A model generated the notes under the pieces. That model did not search any database. It was not told the DNA's origin and saw nothing but the letters and a program-made list of their open reading frames with translations. From NCBI GenBank assembly GCA_963745835.1, contig CAVUZH010000003.1:192001-256000 (forward strand): a DNA stretch of 64,000 bases, in the 5' to 3' direction. Every line of letters begins with the position of its first letter. The first letter of the stretch is position 1. The position numbers and the translations under genes were made by a program. Below, piece after piece: positions 19,407 to 29,167 of the stretch. This stretch comes from an uncultured delta proteobacterium. GTDB lineage: Bacteria > Desulfobacterota > Binatia > UBA9968.

Positions 19407-22400
19407 ATGGCATTTTTTTTGAAACACGTCGAAGGAAGCAAGACTGGCCAGGTCGAATCATTCGATCGAGACATCATCCGCATCGGTCGGCAATCCGACA
19501 ACGATCTCACGTTTGATCCGCAAAGGGATGCGTCCGTTTCGGGATACCATGCAGAAATATCTCGGGAAGGCGAATCTTACTTCGTTAGGGATCTCCAAAG
19601 TCGAAACGGAACCTTCCTCAACTCGCGAAAAATCGATAGCTCTGTTCAACTCGAGGACGGCGATCTCCTGCAGTTCTCCGCCCGGGGGCCGAAAGTAGTT
19701 TTTACCACACGCGATCCCTCGTTTCCGACCCAAAGCGCGTTCAAGGAACCGTCTCGAGGTGCTCCGACAGAAATCTTGGCGCAGCCAAATAACGATGCTC
19801 AGCAAAAACCCGTGAGCAGATCGAGATCGCTGGCGAAGCTGGTTGCTGTCGTTGTTGGGATATCCTGCTTGGCGGCTGCTTTGGCAGCGGGATTTCACTT
19901 CGGTTATCCATGGTGGGCTTTGCTCGCCGCCGGGGCCGGCGTATCGCTCCTGATTGCAGGAGCGTACCTGGTTTGGCGGTTTTGGCGGCACCGCCGAACC
20001 CGCCGGCAAGAAGCGGAAGCGGCGCATCAAGAAAGAGAAGCGAGTCTCGGACGCGGCCGCAAAAACAACTTAGAGGATTTGAAACGCAAATGGACTGAAG
20101 TCGTACGTTCCTTGCGACAGTCGAAGCTTCAGAAAACGGGAGATGATGCACTCGATGCGTTGGCGTGGGTTGCCGTCATCGGCGAGTCAGGTTGTGGAAA
20201 GTCAGCTTTGATAAAAGGTGGGGGGCCGCAATCTTCCGTAGTAACCGTTGGCTCTGAAGGTCCGACACAAAATTGCGATTGGTGGTTTTTTGATAAGCTT
20301 GTGGTTCTTGATGTGGCGGGACAGTATCTGCATCAGGCCAAGCAGAGCGAAACGGCTACCGAATGGCAAGAACTGTTGAACTTGCTCAAAAATAATCGGC
20401 GGCGAGAGCCGATCAACGGCGTTATCGTTGCGGTATCGGCTGATTCGCTGGCTTCAGCCCCGGTTGAGAAGCTCAAGGAACAGGCGGCTCATGCGCGCGA
20501 GCGTCTAGATGAGATTTCTCAATGGCTTGGAGTTAAGTTCCCGGTTTATCTCACGGTTACTAAGTGCGATCTGATAGTTGGCTTCAATGAGTTCTGGGCC
20601 GGACTGCCGGACAAAGCCAATGCCCAGGCTGCCGGCGAGGTGAATCCGGACCCCATCAATCACTCGGATCCGGCGCGATTTTTTGACAGGGCGTTCCATC
20701 GGATCTGTGAGAGGGTCGAGCGTATCCGGCTGGCGCAGATCGTCGAACAAGAGCAGGAAACTGCGGTGCAACGAATGTTTCTCTTTCCGGCTGAACTGAA
20801 GAGCTTGCAAGTCCCGTTGAAAGCTTTTGTAGATGTTCTGTTTCGGCCGAGTTCGTACCGCGACGTTCCTTTCTTGCGAGGATTTTTTCTTACCAGTGGC
20901 CGCCAATCAGGACCAGCGACGTCGCGTCTTTCACGCCTGCTTGGCTCCAGGTATGTTCATCCACAAGCGGCAAGCACAACCCGAGATTTCTTTTTGCGCG
21001 ATCTCTATTCCAAAATCCTTCCTAGCGACCGTAATCTTGCCATTCGCACCGCGGTGGGCCGCGAGCGCCACCGCCTTCGTTGGGCTGCCGGTCTAATCGG
21101 GGTGTTGGCTGTATCGCTGATCCTGTGCATCGCTTTTACAGTGTCGTTTACGAACAATTGGATGGCACTCACTAATTTGGATGTGACACCTTGTACGAGT
21201 TTGGCGGCATTGCGGGTTTCTATTGGAGACGCCTTACGACCGCTCGATAATTGCCGGCAAAACATTTCTTCGCTTGGTGTACAGTCGAAATGGAAACGGA
21301 TTGTCTCTAATTTTGGCCTGAGGCAAACGCCTCGCATCACGACAGCGCTGCAGCAACGATTTCTGCCGGCATTCACTGCCAAGGTCATTAATCCACTTGA
21401 AAAGCATATCGATCAAGCCCTTGCGAAGGGTTCCGGCGCATCTATGGTGGTTGGCGCCATCACCCAACGAGCTCTTCTCATGGCAAGGTGTGAGCAGAGT
21501 AGCTCATGCGGTGATTTGCACAATGCGAATCCGTTGAGTTACCGGGTTATGTTGTCTATAGCTGACCCTGAGTTAAAAGGCGGTGACGTCGAGATCGAAC
21601 GCTTTCGCCGGACCCATGAATCGTATTTGCTTTGGCAATCAGATTCGGACGTGTTCGTTGAAACCCGGCTAAAGGACATCCAAAGAATAAAGGAGTGGTT
21701 AGGTCGGGGTAATCTGAAGGAGGAGTCGATTATCGAGTCCGCTAAAGCACAGTTTCAGCCGGTGCGTGCAACCGCCCTTTGGGGTGTCAGTGTACCGCTG
21801 GAGGTGGAGTCAGCCTACACAGCACGTGCCTGGCAGGAGGGAATCGATCCGCTTATTTCAGGCCTGAAAAAATTGGCTGCCGACCAGGCCGAGGTCAGTG
21901 ATTCGGTGAAAGGATTTGAAGCTAGTTATCGAAGCCGAGCTTTGCGGCAATGGGGAGAATTTTTGTCGGCTTTTTCACAGCCGGAAAGAGTTCCTATCCA
22001 TACCCAGATGAATCGCGAACTGGTCAATTTAGTTTCCGCCGCAGACTCGCCTTACATAAAAGTGATCGACGAGGCTAATGCCAATCTGAGCGTTATTCTC
22101 GGCGATGCCTGGCAGCGTAACGAGCTTCCGGCGTGGGCGTCGACGTTGAAACAATTCGTAGCCCTGAAGACAAAAGTTGCGCACGCCCAGAAATCCGCCA
22201 AGAGCAACGATAAACCTGCAAACGCGGAAACAGAAGCAGGAGGATACCTGGCAATCTACCTGGAAGCGGTCGGGCAGTTGCGAGGCGAAATCACTACCTT
22301 TGAAAAAAGTTTCAAGTCGTCGCAGAAAGCCTTTGAAGAGGGTGAACCGAGCGCCAAAGCGACCCACCCTATCCTGCGTGCGACATGGGCGCTCTCAATG

Positions 22401-22796
22401 TTGCGGAATTCGATTGGCGCTCCGGAAGAAACGGACCGGCTCTTCTGGATGTTGTTGTCACGTCCTCTCTCCTTGGCGTGGCGCGGGATGTTGACGGAAT
22501 CCAGCAAGTACCTTCAGCAACAATGGGAAGGCCTGCTCCTCGAGATTAGAGATTTTGATTCTGGGTCCAAGGGGGGCAAGATCATGAACTTTGTCAATCA
22601 ATCGGCTAACGCCTTTCTGAGTCGGCAGGGCGGGCGCTGGGTCTCGCGAAGGCTTCTCGATCAAAGCTTCCCTTTTACGGAAGGATTCTTGCAATATTTA
22701 TCACGGTTGCGGTTTGACGCACTCAGTCCCACCACTTTTCGCGCCGAACCACCGTTTCGGGCCGAACCACCATTTACAATTGTCCGAAGTTCTTAG
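19407..22796 (+). CDS. tssM: FHA domain-TssM/IcmF fusion
   Basis: FHA motifs IGRQSDND, VSGYHA, SRNGTFLN; 2 TM; ImcF-N motifs GESGCGKS, NCDWWF, RRREPINGVIV, FPVYLTVTKCDL, LRGFFLTS; third TM; helical periplasmic part. Confidence 0.9.
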   Translation: MAFFLKHVEGSKTGQVESFDRDIIRIGRQSDNDLTFDPQRDASVSGYHAEISREGESYFVRDLQSRNGTFLNSRKIDSSVQLEDGDLLQFSARGPKVVFTTRDPSFPTQSAFKEPSRGAPTEILAQPNNDAQQKPVSRSRSLAKLVAVVVGISCLAAALAAGFHFGYPWWALLAAGAGVSLLIAGAYLVWRFWRHRRTRRQEAEAAHQEREASLGRGRKNNLEDLKRKWTEVVRSLRQSKLQKTGDDALDALAWVAVIGESGCGKSALIKGGGPQSSVVTVGSEGPTQNCDWWFFDKLVVLDVAGQYLHQAKQSETATEWQELLNLLKNNRRREPINGVIVAVSADSLASAPVEKLKEQAAHARERLDEISQWLGVKFPVYLTVTKCDLIVGFNEFWAGLPDKANAQAAGEVNPDPINHSDPARFFDRAFHRICERVERIRLAQIVEQEQETAVQRMFLFPAELKSLQVPLKAFVDVLFRPSSYRDVPFLRGFFLTSGRQSGPATSRLSRLLGSRYVHPQAASTTRDFFLRDLYSKILPSDRNLAIRTAVGRERHRLRWAAGLIGVLAVSLILCIAFTVSFTNNWMALTNLDVTPCTSLAALRVSIGDALRPLDNCRQNISSLGVQSKWKRIVSNFGLRQTPRITTALQQRFLPAFTAKVINPLEKHIDQALAKGSGASMVVGAITQRALLMARCEQSSSCGDLHNANPLSYRVMLSIADPELKGGDVEIERFRRTHESYLLWQSDSDVFVETRLKDIQRIKEWLGRGNLKEESIIESAKAQFQPVRATALWGVSVPLEVESAYTARAWQEGIDPLISGLKKLAADQAEVSDSVKGFEASYRSRALRQWGEFLSAFSQPERVPIHTQMNRELVNLVSAADSPYIKVIDEANANLSVILGDAWQRNELPAWASTLKQFVALKTKVAHAQKSAKSNDKPANAETEAGGYLAIYLEAVGQLRGEITTFEKSFKSSQKAFEEGEPSAKATHPILRATWALSMLRNSIGAPEETDRLFWMLLSRPLSLAWRGMLTESSKYLQQQWEGLLLEIRDFDSGSKGGKIMNFVNQSANAFLSRQGGRWVSRRLLDQSFPFTEGFLQYLSRLRFDALSPTTFRAEPPFRAEPPFTIVRSS
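22737..22772 (+). repeat. 18-bp imperfect tandem duplication encoding FRAEPP x2 at the TssM C-terminus
   Basis: TTTCGCGCCGAACCACCG / TTTCGGGCCGAACCACCA. Confidence 0.8.
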
Positions 22797-22813
22797 TTGT
22801 AGGAGTCCATTAG

Positions 22814-24154
22814 ATGAGCCGAGCGAGAAGTGTGGTATGGAGCGAGGGTCTCTTTTTAACACCGCATCTGTTTCAGCAGGCCGACCGTTATTACGAAAGC
22901 CTGCTCAATTTTCGGATAAAACCTCTCGCACCGTACCTCTGGGGAGTATCCGAGTTGGAGGTAGACCGCGCCGGACTGCCCAACGGCTTTTTTACCTTAT
23001 ATAGGTGCAGCGGTATCATGCCTGACGGACTTCCGGTGCAGATTCCTGATGACGATTTAGCTCCCGAAGTTCGGTCGGTCAAAGATCTGTTTCCGGCGTC
23101 AGCGGAGTCACTTGACGTTTACCTGACGATTCCAGCTCGACAGGCGGACTCGATCAATTTTCACCTGGAAAATGGATCGGCTGGTCGAGGACGGCGCTAT
23201 CAAATGGAAACGGTCCGGGTTTCGGATGAAACGACCGAAGGGAACGAGTGTGAAATTCCGGTCGCAAAGAAAAACTTTCAAATTAACTTTGGCGGCGAAT
23301 CACTGGAAGGCAAAGTTTGGCTGAAAATCGCCCAGTTGGGCCGCACCGCTTCGGGGGTAGTCACTCTCAACGACTCGTATATCGCGCCATCCGTCGCGAT
23401 TTCTGCTTCGGACTCTTTGATCGGCATCCTTCACCGTATTCTTGAAGTCCTGGCCGCGAAGAGTACGGGCCTGTCACAACAACGCCGCCATATCACCGAG
23501 TTTGGCTCTTCGGACATTGCCAATTTTTGGCTGCTGCATACGGTGAATTCCTACGTTCCGATTCTAGCGCACTTCAACGCGTCCCCTAATCACCATCCTG
23601 AGCAACTCTATTTGTTCCTGGTGCAACTGGTCGGGCAGCTTAGCACGTTCGCTCTTCAGGCCGACGCGAGAGACGTGCCGCGTTACGATCATGAGAATAT
23701 GTTTGACACGTTCAACGAGTTGGAAACAAAAATTCGGTTTCTTCTTGATACGATAATCCCGGCCAAATACGTCATCATACCATTGGAGAAAACGCCCGAG
23801 CTTTGGTACGTCGGTCAAATCCATGACGATCGCCTGCTGAAGAACGCTCAGTTCTATCTTGCCGCCAATGCTCAGGTGGCGCCCGCGAGATTGATTGAGG
23901 GTGTGCCGTCGCAGTCAAAGATCAGCTCCCCGGATGAGGTCGGCGCGCTCATTGGAAGGGCCGTACCCGGAGTCGTGCTTGCCCACGAACCGATTCCGCC
24001 GAGCTCGATTCCGATAAAACCGGGATTCAAATATTTTCATCTGCATACCCAGGGCCGCTGGTGGGAGACGATTTCTAAGGCGAGAAGATTAGCGTTGTAT
24101 TTGCCGGACGAATTTCCGGAGTTGAAGCTCGAATTGATAGCCGTGAAGGAGTAG
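22814..24154 (+). CDS. tssK: T6SS baseplate subunit TssK
   Basis: VVWSEGLFLTPHLFQQADRY, GIMPDG, HPEQLY, PRYDHEN, LKLELIAV. Confidence 0.95.
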   Translation: MSRARSVVWSEGLFLTPHLFQQADRYYESLLNFRIKPLAPYLWGVSELEVDRAGLPNGFFTLYRCSGIMPDGLPVQIPDDDLAPEVRSVKDLFPASAESLDVYLTIPARQADSINFHLENGSAGRGRRYQMETVRVSDETTEGNECEIPVAKKNFQINFGGESLEGKVWLKIAQLGRTASGVVTLNDSYIAPSVAISASDSLIGILHRILEVLAAKSTGLSQQRRHITEFGSSDIANFWLLHTVNSYVPILAHFNASPNHHPEQLYLFLVQLVGQLSTFALQADARDVPRYDHENMFDTFNELETKIRFLLDTIIPAKYVIIPLEKTPELWYVGQIHDDRLLKNAQFYLAANAQVAPARLIEGVPSQSKISSPDEVGALIGRAVPGVVLAHEPIPPSSIPIKPGFKYFHLHTQGRWWETISKARRLALYLPDEFPELKLELIAVKE

Positions 24155-24330
24155 CCGGCGATGTATCTTATCGCTGAGACTGTGCCGCTAACTAATTGCA
24201 ACCGCCAGTGTAAACAATCGGTACGCTTAGTGTATCTGCTGGTGTACATGCCGGACGTGAAATTTTCCTGATCATCTATTTTTGCGGGTGAGAAACGAGC
24301 GATTTAGTGGATTCTACATTTCGTCATAAC

Positions 24331-24346
24331 TGGCGTAGCGATTGCT
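24331..24346 (+). promoter_or_regulatory. Putative sigma54 promoter upstream of tssA
   Basis: TGGCGTAGCGATTGCT, close to the TGGCAC-N5-TTGCW consensus, about 65 bp before the tssA ATG. Confidence 0.6.
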
Positions 24347-24412
24347 ATTTTCGCAGTTGAGAGTTGAGTTGCTTCGGAGTATGTGACGGAAGTCTATTAA
24401 GGAGACTTTCTT

Positions 24413-25546
24413 ATGCCCTCGTCCGCAGTCTTGGACCTCGAATTTTTGCTTGCACCCATTCCTGGTAATAATCCAGCAGGTGAGTCGGTGCGTTATGCCG
24501 GCGTTTACGACGCCATCCAGGAGGCTCGGCGCGCCGATGACGACCTAAACAAAGGCGATTGGCAGAGGGAAGCGAAAGTCGCCGACTGGCGTGCGGTGAT
24601 CAATATTTCTACAGAAGCCATTGGAACGAAATGCAAGGATTTACAAATCGGTGCGTGGCTGGTGGAAGCTCTTACCAAACGAGACGGCTTCGCAGGTCTA
24701 AACGCGGGTCTTAATTTGTTGCACGAGTTGCACGAGCAGTTCTGGGACGGGCTTTATCCCGAGATCGAAGACGGCGACCTGGAGTTTCGTGCCGGTCCAC
24801 TGAATTGGCTGAATGAAAAATTACCGGCGGCTATCCGGGAAGTCGCCTTGACGGGCGGAAATCCGCCGTACGCGTGGAATCACTGGGACGAATCGCGCAA
24901 GGTGGATAACTTAGGACGGCAAAACCCAGAGGCAATGCAAGCAGCCATTGCGGATGGGAAAATCACCGGTGAGCACTTCGAGAACTCCGTAAAAGCGACG
25001 GAACGCGGGCATTTTGAGAGCGTGTTCGAGGATCTATCTCAAAGCAAAGAACAGTTAAGCCGGCTCGAGAAGACTGTCGACGAAAAGTTCGGACCGGACG
25101 CTCCCAGCTTAATTAAAATAAGAAACGGCATTGATGATTGTCATCAGGTTGTCAGCGGCATTCTCAAAAAGAAGAGAGAGGAAGATCCTACCTATAAGCC
25201 AGAATCCGACAGCACGATGGTAAAGGGGCCGATCTCTTCAACCCCAGAGACTATAGCCATGAATACAGGCAACACCCATGATAACGGAAACCCCGTAGCA
25301 GTATCCGGAAACATCAGTTGGGCCGGGGAGCCGCGCAACCGCGAAGAGGCGTTTCAGCGCTTAGCCGTGCTCGCTGCTTATTTGAAACGGGTTGAAGCCC
25401 AGCATCCGGTTACCTATCTGCTTGAACGCGCCGTACGCTGGACCAAGATGCCCCTGGACCAGTGGCTCGGCGAGGTTGTCAGCAATCAAGACGTGCTCAA
25501 TCAGCTGCGTGACACACTGGGGATTAAGGACCGAGATACCACTTGA
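24413..25546 (+). CDS. tssA: TssA (ImpA_N domain)
   Basis: LLAPIPGNNPAG, YDAIQEARRADD, KDLQIGAWL, FWDGLYP; C-terminal EAQHPVTYLLERAVRW. Confidence 0.93.
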   Translation: MPSSAVLDLEFLLAPIPGNNPAGESVRYAGVYDAIQEARRADDDLNKGDWQREAKVADWRAVINISTEAIGTKCKDLQIGAWLVEALTKRDGFAGLNAGLNLLHELHEQFWDGLYPEIEDGDLEFRAGPLNWLNEKLPAAIREVALTGGNPPYAWNHWDESRKVDNLGRQNPEAMQAAIADGKITGEHFENSVKATERGHFESVFEDLSQSKEQLSRLEKTVDEKFGPDAPSLIKIRNGIDDCHQVVSGILKKKREEDPTYKPESDSTMVKGPISSTPETIAMNTGNTHDNGNPVAVSGNISWAGEPRNREEAFQRLAVLAAYLKRVEAQHPVTYLLERAVRWTKMPLDQWLGEVVSNQDVLNQLRDTLGIKDRDTT

Positions 25547-25670
25547 CACTGCTTGCAAGCCCGGAGTAGTTTCGCGCCAGGTTGTACGGTTGCCGCGAGA
25601 CTTTGACTGATTCCTATTATTGACGGCAGGTCGGCTCCACTGTTGAGCGCAAAAAATTAAGGAGGAGTCT

Positions 25671-26210
25671 ATGGCGAGAGAAAGTATACAAAGCAAGCTG
25701 GGTCGTGTACGACCGCCACGGGTGCACATCACATACGATGTCGAAGTCGGCGACGCTATTCAGCTAAAGGAGCTTCCGTTTGTGGTCGGCGTACTAGCGG
25801 ATTTATCGGGAAGACCCGATGAGGCGCTTCCCCCAGTCAAGGATCGAAAGTTTGTCGAGATCGACCGCGATAACTTCGACGCCGTCTTAAAAGGCATGAA
25901 GCCGCGCTTGGCCTACCGCGTGGATAACAAACTGGCAGACGACGATAGCAAGCTCGGAGTCGAGCTTCGTTTCAACAGCATGGACGATTTTCAGCCGGAG
26001 CAGGTGGTCAATCAAGTCGAGCCTCTGAGAAAGCTGGCTGAGGCGCGGAAAAAACTTTCGGATCTCATGGCCAAGATGGATGGCAATGATCGCTTAGTGG
26101 AACTCATGGACGAAGTTATCCAGAACACGGATGCTCTTCAAAAATTAAGTAAAGAAGCCGGCCCGGCTGTTGCTGAGGGTGAGAAGGACTCCGTTAGCAA
26201 GGAGAAGTAA
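25671..26210 (+). CDS. tssB: Sheath small subunit TssB
   Basis: RVRPPRVHITYDVE, ELPFVVGVLADLSG, FVEIDRDNFD; RBS AAGGAGG. Confidence 0.97.
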   Translation: MARESIQSKLGRVRPPRVHITYDVEVGDAIQLKELPFVVGVLADLSGRPDEALPPVKDRKFVEIDRDNFDAVLKGMKPRLAYRVDNKLADDDSKLGVELRFNSMDDFQPEQVVNQVEPLRKLAEARKKLSDLMAKMDGNDRLVELMDEVIQNTDALQKLSKEAGPAVAEGEKDSVSKEK

Positions 26211-26211
26211 A

Positions 26212-27705
26212 ATGGCAGAAAGAAGTCAAGCAAAAGCTAAGCTGTCCATCGCCGAAGAAGTACAAAAAGAAGGCAGTCTTTTAGATTCAATCGTTGCCGA
26301 AAGTCGGATCGCCCGCAGCGACACCGAGCGCTCCCGGGCCAAGGATCTTATCGGAGAGTTTGTCCAGCAGGTTCTAGATGGCGCTGTGGTCGTCAAGAAG
26401 GACCTTGAAACTGCCATTGCCGCCAGAATCGCCGCGTTGGACGAGGCAATCTCGGCTCAGCTCAATGAAGTCATGCATGCGCCGGAATTTCAGAAGCTCG
26501 AAGGGTCATGGCGCGGGCTTCATTATCTAGTCCACCAGAGTGAGACCGGCACGATGATGAAGATCCGAGTCATGAACATTTCCAAAGACGATCTCCGTAA
26601 AGATCTCGAACGAGCCGCTGAGTTCGATCAGAGCGCTCTTTTCAAAAAGGTTTACGAAGATGAATACGGGACGTTTGGCGGCGCGCCGTTCGGCGCGCTC
26701 ATCGGTGATTATGAGTTTGGCCGGCATCCTCAAGACCTGTCGCTCCTGGAACAGGTTTCGCACGTCGCGGCGGGGGCTCACGCTCCGTTTATCGCCGCTG
26801 CCTCGCCGGGCCTTCTCAATCTCGATAGCTATACCGATCTGACTGGGCCGCGAGATTTGGCGAAAATTTTCGATACCGTGGAGTATGCCAAATGGAAATC
26901 GTTTCGCGAGTCGGAAGACTCGCGATACGTGGGACTCACATTGCCGCGCACCTTGGCGCGGCTTCCTTACGGCCCTGAAACAGTGCCGGTGGAGTCTTTT
27001 AATTTCAAGGAAGAGGTGGATGGCAAGGACCACAGCAAATACCTCTGGAGCAATGCCGCATACTCGTTCGGGGCGCGCTTGACAGATTCTTTTGCCAAGC
27101 ACGGATGGTGTGCCGCGATCCGTGGAGTGGAGGGAGGCGGTCTCGTCGAGGGTTTGCCGACTCATACGTTTAGCACCGACGAAGGCGAAATAGCGTTGAA
27201 GTGTCCCACGGAGATCAGCATTACCGACCGCCGCGAAAAAGAACTTTCGGATCTGGGATTAATTCCGCTCGTGCACTGCAAGGGGACAGATTACGCAGCA
27301 TTTTTTGGTGCCCAGTCCTGCCAGAAGGCAAAGAAATACGACACCGACTCGGCCAATGCTAATGCTCGGCTCTCGACTCAGTTGCAATACATGATGGCCG
27401 TGTCGCGCTTTGCTCATTATCTGAAATCCATGATGCGGGACAAGATCGGCAGCTTCATGTCGCGCACTGATTGTGAAAAATTTCTTAATCGCTGGATCAT
27501 GAATTACGTGACCGAAGATGATAACGCGTCGGCAACAGTCAAAGCGCAATACCCATTACGAGAGGCGCGTGTGGAAGTGGCTGAGGTGCCAGGCAAGCCT
27601 GGTGTCTATCGCGCCATTGCATTCCTGAGGCCTCATTTCCAATTGGATGAGCTAACTGTTTCGTTGCGGTTAGTTGCCGAGTTGCCGGGTTCGGCCAGGA
27701 AGTAA
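26212..27705 (+). CDS. tssC: Sheath large subunit TssC
   Basis: FQKLEGSWRGL, FDQSALFKKVYE, GGGLVEGLP, KCPTEISITDRRE, LRPHFQL; ATG at 26212 after GGAG. Confidence 0.97.
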   Translation: MAERSQAKAKLSIAEEVQKEGSLLDSIVAESRIARSDTERSRAKDLIGEFVQQVLDGAVVVKKDLETAIAARIAALDEAISAQLNEVMHAPEFQKLEGSWRGLHYLVHQSETGTMMKIRVMNISKDDLRKDLERAAEFDQSALFKKVYEDEYGTFGGAPFGALIGDYEFGRHPQDLSLLEQVSHVAAGAHAPFIAAASPGLLNLDSYTDLTGPRDLAKIFDTVEYAKWKSFRESEDSRYVGLTLPRTLARLPYGPETVPVESFNFKEEVDGKDHSKYLWSNAAYSFGARLTDSFAKHGWCAAIRGVEGGGLVEGLPTHTFSTDEGEIALKCPTEISITDRREKELSDLGLIPLVHCKGTDYAAFFGAQSCQKAKKYDTDSANANARLSTQLQYMMAVSRFAHYLKSMMRDKIGSFMSRTDCEKFLNRWIMNYVTEDDNASATVKAQYPLREARVEVAEVPGKPGVYRAIAFLRPHFQLDELTVSLRLVAELPGSARK

Positions 27706-27777
27706 GGCAAGTATAAACCTAACCAGAGGTGGATAGCGGCATAACAACTTTCAACTTTCACGTTTGATGGAGGTTAT

Positions 27778-28266
27778 ATGGCGGCAGTAGATTATTTTCT
27801 GAAACTCAAGGGCATTGATGGAGAGTCAACGGACCACAAGCACAAAGGGGAGATTGATGTAGAGTCTTTCTCGTGGGGCGAGACCAACTCTGGTACACAT
27901 ACGGGCGGCGGTGGAGGAGGTGCCGGCAAAGTTGTTATGCAGGATTTCCATTTTGTGATGAGGGTTAGTAAGGCAAGCCCAAAGCTCATGCTCGCGTGCG
28001 CGACGGGTGAGCACATTGGAGAAGGAACCCTGGTTTGCCGGAAGGCGGGTACAGAGCAGCAAGAATTCCTATCCGTAAAAATGACGGACCTACTAGTTTC
28101 CTCTTACCAGACCGGTGGGTCGGGCGGTAGCGATATTGTTCCTACGGATCAGGTGTCGCTCAACTACTCCAAGATAGAGTTCGAGTATAAAGAGCAGAAA
28201 CCAGACGGTTCGCTCGGCGGAGCTGTTAAGGCCGGCTATGATCTGAAAGCGAATAAGAAAGTGTAA
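27778..28266 (+). CDS. hcp: Hcp tube protein (TssD)
   Basis: DYFLKLKGIDGES..HKGEIDVESFSWG, ASPKLMLACATGEH. Confidence 0.97.
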   Translation: MAAVDYFLKLKGIDGESTDHKHKGEIDVESFSWGETNSGTHTGGGGGGAGKVVMQDFHFVMRVSKASPKLMLACATGEHIGEGTLVCRKAGTEQQEFLSVKMTDLLVSSYQTGGSGGSDIVPTDQVSLNYSKIEFEYKEQKPDGSLGGAVKAGYDLKANKKV

Positions 28267-29167
28267 CGATGTCCGACTCAAATTCGGCGCTGGCGCCAAA
28301 TCAAATCGTCGACTTCGGACAACCCAAAAATCTGGACGCGGGAAGAAACGAGAGCTTCAAGGCAGAGTGCGTTGGCAATTTCTAACCGCGCTAAGGCTAT
28401 CGTTCATCGCGATATAGGAGCGGACCAAACTCGATGGCCAAGGATATTCATCGTTACCGGCCGTGAGCAGTACGATAGCCATTTCCGGGACATCCTATCG
28501 ACTATCGCTGGGGATGGTTTTAGACGAAAGGCTGAAGGCGCTACAGATCGGATAGTGGCTGCAAGCTTGCCGGGTCACGATGAGTAGCACGATAAGGAAT
28601 CATCTAAGTTCTGCAATCTGAGCGCATTGCGGTGATCAGACTTGATCAGTTGTGGAGATCGCTCGGTACGGCGAAATCGACGTTCTAGCGAAACCTTCAT
28701 GTTTACGCCTGGCAGCAAATCGCCTTATCAGTGCAAGGAGATAGCCCAAGTTACCGGTTTTAACGTCGAATTCGAGCGGCAATACAGGATTCGATAGCAT
28801 GTCGGAAGAACAGCTGAGGTCGGCACGAGTACAACCCTTTCCTGATTTGCGCGATAACTGCGGCTCAGACTCGTTACGATCCCGCCATTCAACATTACCA
28901 CTGCGTTGTCGATGATGCGTGCTTTGATAGAACCTATCGAACATGCAAGACTGTCAGGATGATCAATCGGATAGGTTTAGTCCTGTAAAGTATCGACATG
29001 CTGCACCGAAGTATGCATGCTGACAGCTTTGTTGCGATCTTTCTTGGGACTCAAGACCCGGTGTCTGACTCGTGTAGCGTTAGATGGTGCTCGCAGTAGG
29101 CTTTTAAGGTCAAATCTAGTAAGTCTCTGTAACGAGATTCACGATCGGTGTTGATTTCCGCTCCTCC

